Virus record (IMG/VR): IMGVR_UViG_3300017658_000009
Span: 1-38,917 of that record
DNA length: 38,917 bases
Reading direction: 5' to 3' (one strand)
Origin: a virus
Lineage: Duplodnaviria > Caudoviricetes
Part shown: positions 24,932 through 32,893 of the stretch, piece by piece
Layout: each line of letters starts with the position of its first letter
Numbering within the stretch: the stretch's first letter is position 1
Notes under the pieces: generated by a model
What the model saw: the letters and a program-made list of their open reading frames with translations, nothing else
Told to the model about the DNA's origin: nothing
Database searches by the model: none
Program-made: the position numbers and the translations under genes

Positions 24932-25246
24932 ATGAGCGCACGAATTCTGACTGCCGAACGCGGCAGAGTGACGCGGTTCCTGGAGGCCGATGGCCGCTAC
25001 GGGATCGAGACGACGGCCGACGTGGAGCCGGTCCTGGAGCATGCCAAGGCGTTGCACAACGAAGGTCGGCAGCATGCCCCGAACGGCGATCAGCACCTGG
25101 CCAGCATCCCCATCGTGGTTCTGAACGCCTGGGCGCAGCGCCGCGGCGTCACCTTCGCGGACGTCATGAACGACGTGCGCCTGCTCGAAGAATTCTTGCG
25201 AGATCCCGCGCACAGTGATTTCCGCGTCTTCAAGGGTGAGCTATGA
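24932..25246 (+). CDS. Hypothetical virion-module protein
   Basis: 104 aa, DV.P.LE..K.L and LASIP motifs; ATGA-coupled to next gene. Confidence 0.75.
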   Translation: MSARILTAERGRVTRFLEADGRYGIETTADVEPVLEHAKALHNEGRQHAPNGDQHLASIPIVVLNAWAQRRGVTFADVMNDVRLLEEFLRDPAHSDFRVFKGEL

Positions 25247-25821
25247 GCTTCGCCAATTCGGACGAGCTGATCGCGGCTGTGGGCCGCTGGATCAAGCGCA
25301 AGGACCTGGCGTCGGTTGCGCCGGACTTCATCACCCTGTTTGAAGCGCGCGTGAACCGCGTCCTGCGCACGTCGAGCCAGCGCAAGTTCGAATCTGTCTC
25401 GGTCATCGGCGGCTCGGCGCCGCTGCCGGCCGACTGGCTGGAGGCGATCGCGGTGGACGACGGAAAGTGCCCCTTGCATTTCATGACCACACTGCAATTC
25501 GGCCCGGTGCAGGTCAACAGCGGCCACTACGCGATCGAGGGCGGCGCAATTCTTGTGTCTGGCGGCACCGAGACGGTGAACCTGCGCTATTACGCCAAGG
25601 TCCCCCCGCTGGGCGCTGCGAACCCCACCAACTGGCTGCTGGCCAGCCACCCTGACGCATACCTATTCGGCGCACTCACCGAGGCCGAACCCTACCTGGT
25701 CAATGACGCGCGCATGGCGCTGTGGAAAGACCGGGGCGATACCGCGATTCAGGCCATTCAGATGGCGGACGACCAGGCGCGGTTCTCCGGCGACACCCTT
25801 CAGATCGCAACCCCGAGGTAA
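25243..25821 (+). CDS. Head-tail adaptor protein
   Basis: PDFI.L.E.R.NR.LR and TNWLL..HPD.YL.G.L.EA..YL motifs; position. Confidence 0.75.
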   Translation: MSFANSDELIAAVGRWIKRKDLASVAPDFITLFEARVNRVLRTSSQRKFESVSVIGGSAPLPADWLEAIAVDDGKCPLHFMTTLQFGPVQVNSGHYAIEGGAILVSGGTETVNLRYYAKVPPLGAANPTNWLLASHPDAYLFGALTEAEPYLVNDARMALWKDRGDTAIQAIQMADDQARFSGDTLQIATPR

Positions 25822-25823
25822 TC

Positions 25824-26882
25824 ATGGCCGTCGAGAACACCACCAACATCGCGGGCTTGGACGACACGCTGCCCACCGGCACCGATACGAAGTCGGAGGG
25901 TGACAATCATCTGCGGCTGCTCAAGACCGTCCTGAAACACGTCTTCGCTGGATTCCCCGGCGAGGTGGTGCTGGCGGCTACTGAAGCCCAGGGCGCGACG
26001 GCCAACGATTACGTGCTGACCGTGGCGCCGGCGCCGACCGCATACGCTACCAGCACGATGGTCGTGTTCCGCGCGAACCACGCGAACACGGGCGCCGCCA
26101 CACTGAAGATCGGGAGCTTGGCCGCCAAGGCCTTGGTCAATCCCGAGGGGACGCCGCTGCGCGCGAACGCGATCACGGCGACGACCTGGGTGCTGGCGAT
26201 CTACGACGGCACGAACTTCCGGATGGTCGGCGGTGGCAACAGCCAGGCCATTTATGACTACGCCAACCAGCTTGCGTTCCAGGCGGCGCTGCCCGAGCAG
26301 GCCGGGAACAACGGCAAGGTCCTGATGACGGATGGGGCTGCGGCGAGCTGGCGGCTTGCGCTGGCGTCCTATGCCTCCGACGCTCTGCCGACGTCCGACC
26401 TCGGCCCGATCTATGTCATCGGGGAGGGCGTAGCCGAGTGGAACGCGGCGCTGCCCGGCTACGAAGTGATTTTCGGCGTGGACGTCGTCAATGACCTGGC
26501 CGCGCTGGACGGCAAGATCGATTTCACCTTCATCTACCCGGGCGGGACGGAAGCGGCTCCCGGCACTGCGATCGCCAATAGTCGCTACGTAGTGCCAAAC
26601 CCGTACCCTGGTTTCCCGGTCTTTTGCATAGCAGAGACAAAAGCATCGTCAGGCGCATGGTTCAATCCCGGGTGGGCGAACACCATGGTCAATAATCTCG
26701 GCGAGGGCTTCGGCATGCGAGCATCGCAGCTATCTACTGGCGAAGTTGTCGTGCAGACGGGCAGTTTGGCTATCGCTGCGTCGGGGCCGATTAGTGGCGG
26801 CGGTGGTGGTTCATTTTCGCCTTCGATGACGACCGGCCCGCTGCGCGTGCGCGTCTGGAAAATCAAAGGGGCATTGTCATGA
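25824..26882 (+). CDS. Tail fibre / receptor-binding protein
   Basis: N-terminal EGDNHLRL.K.VLK..F anchor, ANTGAATL repeat-like segment, divergent C-terminus; followed by chaperone. Confidence 0.75.
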   Translation: MAVENTTNIAGLDDTLPTGTDTKSEGDNHLRLLKTVLKHVFAGFPGEVVLAATEAQGATANDYVLTVAPAPTAYATSTMVVFRANHANTGAATLKIGSLAAKALVNPEGTPLRANAITATTWVLAIYDGTNFRMVGGGNSQAIYDYANQLAFQAALPEQAGNNGKVLMTDGAAASWRLALASYASDALPTSDLGPIYVIGEGVAEWNAALPGYEVIFGVDVVNDLAALDGKIDFTFIYPGGTEAAPGTAIANSRYVVPNPYPGFPVFCIAETKASSGAWFNPGWANTMVNNLGEGFGMRASQLSTGEVVVQTGSLAIAASGPISGGGGGSFSPSMTTGPLRVRVWKIKGALS

Positions 26883-27373
26883 GGATCTATGGAATTCCTG
26901 GCCAATCGGTGATGCAGGTCGGCGGCGATCCCGAGCCGGGATGGCTCGAAATGCAAGGCCAACGCCCTGGGCCCGAATACATCGCTGGCGCGGATGGCGT
27001 CTGGAGCGTGCCGGCGGCCACCTTTGCGCAGCTGCAGGCGCGCAAGTTGGACGAGATCAACGCCGCATTCTCAGCCGCGGTTGACCAGCTGACGGCCGGC
27101 TATCCGGAGGGCGAGCGGCTCACCTGGGCGGTCCAGCAATCCGAGGCGCTGGCCTGGGCCGCGAACGCGCAAGCCCCGACGCCGTACCTTGAGGGCTTGG
27201 CGGCCGCGCGCGGGATCAGCGCAGAAGAAATGCGGCAGAAGACGCTGGCGCAGACGCAGCTATTCATGGCGGCGTCGCAGGATCTGGTGGGCCGCCGGCA
27301 GCGCCTGAGGGATCTGGTGGACGCGGCGACGTCGGAATCGGACCTGGCCGCGATCAGCTGGGAGGGCGTGTAG
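26879..27373 (+). CDS. Tail fibre assembly chaperone
   Basis: M...RP...Y.A..DG.W, YP..E..TW..Q..EA.AW, C-terminal I.W. Confidence 0.75.
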   Translation: MRIYGIPGQSVMQVGGDPEPGWLEMQGQRPGPEYIAGADGVWSVPAATFAQLQARKLDEINAAFSAAVDQLTAGYPEGERLTWAVQQSEALAWAANAQAPTPYLEGLAAARGISAEEMRQKTLAQTQLFMAASQDLVGRRQRLRDLVDAATSESDLAAISWEGV

Positions 27374-28915
27374 ATGCCCCTGATCCCGTTCCGTTCGATG
27401 GGCGCTGGGCTGAACCTGGACGGCTTCCCGCACGAACTCGCGGCACAGGAATGGTCTGGCGGCCGCAATATCCGGTTCCGCGACGGCTACGCGGAAAAGT
27501 CGCAGGGTGAGGCGCGGGTGCATGGCGAGCTGCTGGCCGAACCCTATGGCCTGTTCCCCATGCAGGGCGCGCTGGGTCGGTACTGGGTGTACGCCGGTCT
27601 GGCGTCGCTCTCGGCCGTGCGCAATGAGGTGCATACCGACATCACGCGCACGTCGGGGCCTTACACCGGGACTGTGGCGAACCGTTGGAACGGCGGGGTA
27701 CTGTCGGGCGTCCTGGTGGTCAATAATGGCGTGGATGTCCCCCAGTTCTGGGGAGGCGATCCCAGCGTCAAGGCGGCGGACCTGACGGCATGGCCGGCCA
27801 CCCTGCGCACGAAGATCCTACGGCCGTTCCGCAATTTCATCTTCGCGCTGAACAACACCGACAACGGCAACAAGATGCCGTATAGCGTTCGCTGGTCGCA
27901 CCCGGCCGACCCGGGCACGCTGCCCGTTTCCTACGATCTGGCCGACCCAACGAAAGACGCGGGACAGTTCGACCTGGCGGATACGGACGACCGCATCGTC
28001 GACGGGGTGCCGCTGGGCGAGCGGCTCATCGTCTATAAGGAAAACAGCATCTGGTCCCTGGATTACGTCGGCGCGCCCTATATATGGAGCCGCAAGCCGA
28101 TAGACAAGACGGTCGGGGCGCTGGGGCAGGATTGCGTCGTAGCGCATCCTGGCGGCCACGCCATTCTCACGCAGGGCGACGTCGTCAACTTCGACGGCGC
28201 CAGCACCACGTCGATCGCCGATGGCCGGGTGCGGCGCTGGCTCTTCAATAACCTGAACGCCGACCAGTACCAGCGTTCGTTTGCGGTGCCCAACATCCGG
28301 CGCAACGAAGCCTGGTTCTGCGTGCCGCAGACTGGATCCGATTGGCCGAACACCGCCCTGATCTGGAACTGGAAGGATGGAACCTGGGCCATCCGTGACC
28401 TCGCGCAGGCATCGGCCGGCGCCTCGGGCACTATCGTCTACGACCTTGGTAACTCCTGGAACAGCGACCTCGAGCCCTGGGACACCGACGACACGACGTG
28501 GAACCAGTACGAGTACACGCAGGCCACGCCGCGGGTGCTGCTGGCCTCGGCGGTGAACAACAAGCTGCTGCTGGTCGATTCCACGAAGACGATTGAGGGC
28601 CAGCCGATGGTGTCGCGGGTGGAAAAGACCGGCATGTCGTTCGACGCGCCGGAGCAGATCAAGTACTGCAAGGGCGTGCGCCCGCGCATCGATGCGCCGC
28701 AGGGCACGCAGATCAATATCTACCTCGGCGCCCAGGACGATCTGGACGCGCCGGTCGAGTGGGGGCCGCCCGTGCCGTTCATGGTGGGCACGGACCTGAA
28801 GGCTGATATCGAAATGGCTGGCAGGTATCTGGCCGTGCGCTTCGAATCCACCGGCATCGTGTCCTGGCGCATGAAACAGTTCGATATGGACGTGACGGTC
28901 CTGGGGGGCTACTGA
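27374..28915 (+). CDS. Tail nozzle / packaged-DNA stabilisation protein (P22 gp10-like)
   Basis: 513 aa, beta-rich, WS...DP motif; podovirus synteny. Confidence 0.7.
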   Translation: MPLIPFRSMGAGLNLDGFPHELAAQEWSGGRNIRFRDGYAEKSQGEARVHGELLAEPYGLFPMQGALGRYWVYAGLASLSAVRNEVHTDITRTSGPYTGTVANRWNGGVLSGVLVVNNGVDVPQFWGGDPSVKAADLTAWPATLRTKILRPFRNFIFALNNTDNGNKMPYSVRWSHPADPGTLPVSYDLADPTKDAGQFDLADTDDRIVDGVPLGERLIVYKENSIWSLDYVGAPYIWSRKPIDKTVGALGQDCVVAHPGGHAILTQGDVVNFDGASTTSIADGRVRRWLFNNLNADQYQRSFAVPNIRRNEAWFCVPQTGSDWPNTALIWNWKDGTWAIRDLAQASAGASGTIVYDLGNSWNSDLEPWDTDDTTWNQYEYTQATPRVLLASAVNNKLLLVDSTKTIEGQPMVSRVEKTGMSFDAPEQIKYCKGVRPRIDAPQGTQINIYLGAQDDLDAPVEWGPPVPFMVGTDLKADIEMAGRYLAVRFESTGIVSWRMKQFDMDVTVLGGY

Positions 28916-29157
28916 TGGCCTACGAGCCCGGCAACGCGCCATCGGAGTACTCGCCCCTGTTCCTCCAGCAGGAGCTGGACAAGATCCGCGAGGCATTGAG
29001 TGGGCCTCAGCCCTTCGCATTCCTCGAAAAGCAGGCCGTGGCGCCCGCCAAGCCGCGTGAAGGGATGATCGTGCTGGCCTGGGGCGCGCCGTACTGGAAT
29101 CCAGGCGCTGGCGCGGGCTACTACGGCTATGTGGGAGGCGCATGGACGAAGCTCTGA
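28915..29157 (+). CDS. Small virion protein
   Basis: 80 aa, TGATG-coupled; P.KPR.GM and WNPG.G.G.Y.Y motifs. Confidence 0.7.
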   Translation: MAYEPGNAPSEYSPLFLQQELDKIREALSGPQPFAFLEKQAVAPAKPREGMIVLAWGAPYWNPGAGAGYYGYVGGAWTKL

Positions 29158-29564
29158 TCCGCATCGCTGGCATCCAGTCCGGCGATGTCGGCGACATCTG
29201 GCCCGCGGTATCGGGCTGGATCGCGGAGGCGCTGGCCGCCGGCCACTCGCTGGAATCCATCGACGACGTGCGTGAGCAGATCGAGGCGCGCGACTACCAG
29301 CTCTGGGTCGTCTATTCGCCCGGGCCGGTGGCGGCCTTTGTGACGCGCATTGCTACCGGCGAACTCGGCTCCGCGCTGGTCGCGGTCTGCCTCGGTGGTC
29401 AAGGCATGCACCACTGGCTGTTCGCGGTGGAAGACGTGATTTCGAACTTTGCCCGGGACAAGGGCTGCAAACGGGTGTGTCTGCATGGGCGCCGCGGCTG
29501 GGTGCGGCAGTTGGCCGGCTACGGCTGGGCGGAAGAATCCGTAAATGTGACAAAGGAACTGTAA
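29142..29564 (+). CDS. Putative GNAT-fold virion assembly protein
   Basis: FAR.KGC......GR.GW.R motif; lies before the ejection genes as in podoviruses. Confidence 0.6.
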   Translation: MDEALIRIAGIQSGDVGDIWPAVSGWIAEALAAGHSLESIDDVREQIEARDYQLWVVYSPGPVAAFVTRIATGELGSALVAVCLGGQGMHHWLFAVEDVISNFARDKGCKRVCLHGRRGWVRQLAGYGWAEESVNVTKEL

Positions 29565-30709
29565 TGGGCAAAAACAGCGGTGGCGGCGGCGGCACGCAAA
29601 CCACGAAATCCGAGCCGTGGGAAGGGGTGCAGGACTACCTCACCGGCACAGGACAGACGACCACCAGGACGCTCAGGCCGGGCGCCAAGCCCATCGGGGG
29701 CACGGAGGGGCATTGGGAGTATGACGGCAATGGCGAGTCTACGAACGCGCGTTGGGTAGCCGGCACGCCGCGGTACGCGGACAGCGATTACATCACCACG
29801 ACCACCGGCGGTATCCCGGGGATCTACGGCGAGGCCGCGAGGCTATACCAGAACGGCGGCTGGACGCCAGAAATGCAGGGTGTGACGGACCAATGGCTTG
29901 CCGCGCTGCAAGGGCGCAGCGGGATTGATCCGAAGTACGCGCAAAACGTGCTGGACACGGGGAACAGTCTCCTGTCTGGGCAGGGCTCGCAGGTGGATTT
30001 GGTCGCGGCGCGTGCGGCGCAGGGCGCACTGGATCCCACGGCGGCGCTGCAGCAGTTGCTGTCTGGCCAGGTCAACAACCCGTATCTCGACGAGCAGATC
30101 GCCGCGCTTGGTAAGGACCTTTCCAGCAACTTCCTGGAGAACGTCGCGCCGGGCCTGCGGTCGGGCGCGGTGGCGGCCGGCGGGTTTGGCGGGTCGCGCC
30201 AGGGGATCGTGGAGGGCCTGGGCACGCAGGGCGTCAGCGATGCCTTGGCGACTTCCGCCGCCAACCTTCGCGGCACGGCCTTCGAGAACGCGCAAAACCG
30301 CATGCAGCAGGTGGCTACGGGCCTGAACGACCAGGCGGCGACGGTCGCGCAGAACAACATCAACAACCGGCTGAACTTCGCCAACATGGGCGCCAACCTG
30401 ATCGGCCAGGGCTCTACGCTGCAGGCGTCGAACCAGGCGGCCGAGGATGCCCGCTACCAGCAGATGCTGGCGCTCCTGGGCGCGGGCGACGCATACAACT
30501 GGGGCAATCTGGGCAACTATGCCTCGATCGTGTCTCCGGGTGCTGGCATCGGTGGGACCAGCACTTTGTCGGGTGGCGGCAGCAACCCGATCGCGGGTGG
30601 CCTTGGCGGCGCGCTGGCGGGCGGGGCGATTGGCAACAGTCTGGGCAACGGCATGGGCGGCTACGGCGCGGCCATTGGCGGCGGCTTGGGCCTTTTGAGC
30701 GCACTGTGA
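29564..30709 (+). CDS. DNA ejection (internal virion) protein 1
   Basis: MG..SGGG..QTT...PW start, NPYL, G.FGGSR, Gly-rich hydrophobic C-terminus. Confidence 0.75.
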   Translation: MGKNSGGGGGTQTTKSEPWEGVQDYLTGTGQTTTRTLRPGAKPIGGTEGHWEYDGNGESTNARWVAGTPRYADSDYITTTTGGIPGIYGEAARLYQNGGWTPEMQGVTDQWLAALQGRSGIDPKYAQNVLDTGNSLLSGQGSQVDLVAARAAQGALDPTAALQQLLSGQVNNPYLDEQIAALGKDLSSNFLENVAPGLRSGAVAAGGFGGSRQGIVEGLGTQGVSDALATSAANLRGTAFENAQNRMQQVATGLNDQAATVAQNNINNRLNFANMGANLIGQGSTLQASNQAAEDARYQQMLALLGAGDAYNWGNLGNYASIVSPGAGIGGTSTLSGGGSNPIAGGLGGALAGGAIGNSLGNGMGGYGAAIGGGLGLLSAL

Positions 30710-30716
30710 GGTCATC

Positions 30717-31463
30717 ATGGCTATGACAATGAACCCGGGGCTGGTGCAGTCCCTGGCCGTTTCCGGCCAACAGGCTGACGCCGCGCGCCGCCAGCGCGAG
30801 ATGCAGCTCATGCAGCAGGCCCAGCAACAGCGCCAGCAGCAACAGCAGCAGTCCAGCAGCCTGAATCCCAACATGATCAAGCAGTTCTTCCCCCAGGGCG
30901 GTGGCAATCAGGCGCTCGGGTCAACGGACGGGATGTCGGGCGTGTGGGGCCCGGTGGGAGGAGGCGGCCTGGGTGGACTCGGCGGAATGACCGTGTCGCC
31001 TGCTTTCATCGGCGGCTCTACGGCTACGTCCGGCCTCGGTGCGGGCGGCACGCTGGGCGCCTTCGCTGAGGGAGGCGCGGTCGGTGGGCTGGGTGGTCTG
31101 GGCGGCGGCGCGTCGGCCGCGGGTGGCGCAAGCGCTGCTGGCGGCGGCGGTGCCGCAAGCGGCTTGGCCGCGGCGGGCCCGTGGGCGGCGCTGGCCGCGG
31201 CGATCATCGCCAACGAGTCCTACGCCAAGAACCACGGCTACCGGCGCGATGGCGCCGACTATTACAAGGACCTGGCCACCGGGCGCGTCCTCAGCCAGGA
31301 CGTGGATAACCGCTGGGCGCCGATGCTGTTCGGCAAGAACGACCGCATGGGCCTGGGCAAGGATATGTCCTTCGCCGCCGATCTGGGCTCGTTCCAGTTC
31401 GGGAAGGCATTCAAGGACCTGAAGGGCAGCTCGCTCTTTACCGGCTTCGGACTTTTCAAGTAG
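30717..31463 (+). CDS. Gly/Ala/Gln-rich putative ejection protein 2
   Basis: GAGG RBS, Gln run, Gly/Ala-rich hydrophobic core; synteny. Confidence 0.6.
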   Translation: MAMTMNPGLVQSLAVSGQQADAARRQREMQLMQQAQQQRQQQQQQSSSLNPNMIKQFFPQGGGNQALGSTDGMSGVWGPVGGGGLGGLGGMTVSPAFIGGSTATSGLGAGGTLGAFAEGGAVGGLGGLGGGASAAGGASAAGGGGAASGLAAAGPWAALAAAIIANESYAKNHGYRRDGADYYKDLATGRVLSQDVDNRWAPMLFGKNDRMGLGKDMSFAADLGSFQFGKAFKDLKGSSLFTGFGLFK

Positions 31464-31471
31464 AGGAAAAC

Positions 31472-32893
31472 ATGACTCCCTACGGCGACGACAACCAGGG
31501 CGGTTTCTTCGCTGCTCTGCAAAACCCGGCGAACCAGGGGTTGCTGGCAGCTGGCCTGGCGATGCTGAGCGGCGCGCGCGGCCCGAACTCGCAGGGCGCG
31601 GTGGGCGCGGGGGGCCTGGCCGGTCTTCAGGCGTTCCAGAACGCGCAGGCCGCCGGCGACATGCAGGCGTACCGGCAGGCGCAGATCCGCAAGCTGGAGC
31701 AGGACGCGCAGAAGCAAAGCCGCATCATGACCGCGCTCGGCCGCATTACTGGCGACACCGGCGGCACGATGCTCGCGCCCGGCGATGCGCCGAACGGCGC
31801 ACCGTCGCCCGCTGGACCGCTGCTGGCGGGTCCTATCCCCGCGGGCAGTCCTGGCCTGCTCGGCGGCGCAGCCCCGGGCGGGGGGGCTGGCGTCGGCGTC
31901 AACTTGACGCTGCCCGATGTGCTGGCGCTGAAGGCCGCCGGTGGGCCCGACCTGTTCGATATCTACAAGTACGCGACGGATGGCGTCAAGCGCGAGGCCA
32001 ACACCGCCTACCGCAACCCGGTGACCGGCGCGGTGGAGTATGGCCCGCCGAAGCTGTCCGAGGGCATGGAGTTGTACGTCGGCGCGGATGGCCGGCCCGC
32101 GGTGCGCCCGGTACAGGGATATAGCGCGACGAACGCAGCGGCAAAGGGCGCGGAGGCCGGCGCTATTGCAGGTGCGCAGGCTGGGTTCGATCTGGTCGAC
32201 GTGCCCGACGGCAGGGGAGGCACCGTGAAGATGCCGCGCCTGGAGGCCCTGCAGCGGCTCGGCGGCACGGCGTCGGCTGCGCCGGCTGGTGCTGGCCAAG
32301 GCGCCGCGGGCGGGCCGCCCAATCGCTTCGGCCGTAGCTCCAGCCCTGCGGATCAGGCCTTCGAAAAGTCCGTCGCGGAAGCATCGGCCGACACCTACAA
32401 CACCCTCCAAAAGGCTGGGCTGAACGCGGACAAGCAGATCGCGGATTACCAGCGCATCGGCTCGCTGCTCGATGGCTTCAGCGGCAGCAGCCTTTCGAGC
32501 GTCGGGATGGCGGGCGCCAAGCTTCTCAACTCGATCGGCCTGGAGGTGGATCCGGCGCTGCCGAACAAGGAAGCCGCGGCGGCCATCGGCAACCAGCTGG
32601 CCCTGAAGCTGCGCGACCCAGCCAACGGCGGCGGCATGCCGGGCGCCATGTCGGATGCCGACCGGAACTTCCTCATGCAGTCGGTTCCCGGCCTGAACCA
32701 AACGGATGCCGGCCGCAAGCAGCTGATCGGTTACCAGGTCAAGGTGTTGGAGCGCAACAAGGACGTCGCGCAGTTCGCGCGGAAGTGGCGGCAGAAGTAT
32801 GGGCGGTTGGATTCGCTGGACCCGGCCGGCCAAGACTTCGAGACGGCTCTGTCCGCATGGACGGCCGCAAATCCCCTGTTCGGAGGCCAATGA
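31472..32893 (+). CDS. Putative ejection protein 3
   Basis: 473 aa, N-terminal GLLAAGLAML, G..SD.D..FL....P.L motif; synteny. Confidence 0.65.
   Translation: MTPYGDDNQGGFFAALQNPANQGLLAAGLAMLSGARGPNSQGAVGAGGLAGLQAFQNAQAAGDMQAYRQAQIRKLEQDAQKQSRIMTALGRITGDTGGTMLAPGDAPNGAPSPAGPLLAGPIPAGSPGLLGGAAPGGGAGVGVNLTLPDVLALKAAGGPDLFDIYKYATDGVKREANTAYRNPVTGAVEYGPPKLSEGMELYVGADGRPAVRPVQGYSATNAAAKGAEAGAIAGAQAGFDLVDVPDGRGGTVKMPRLEALQRLGGTASAAPAGAGQGAAGGPPNRFGRSSSPADQAFEKSVAEASADTYNTLQKAGLNADKQIADYQRIGSLLDGFSGSSLSSVGMAGAKLLNSIGLEVDPALPNKEAAAAIGNQLALKLRDPANGGGMPGAMSDADRNFLMQSVPGLNQTDAGRKQLIGYQVKVLERNKDVAQFARKWRQKYGRLDSLDPAGQDFETALSAWTAANPLFGGQ

Noticed and set aside
25824-27373. Diversity-generating retroelement or invertible tail-fibre system as in Bordetella phage BPP-1 or Mu
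   Set aside because: No reverse transcriptase, no TR/VR repeat pair and no invertase or inverted crossover sites seen
30812-30851. CAG-rich poly-Gln tract as a phase-variable repeat
   Set aside because: Interrupted by CAA, GCC and CGC codons and triplet-based, so not a frameshifting switch
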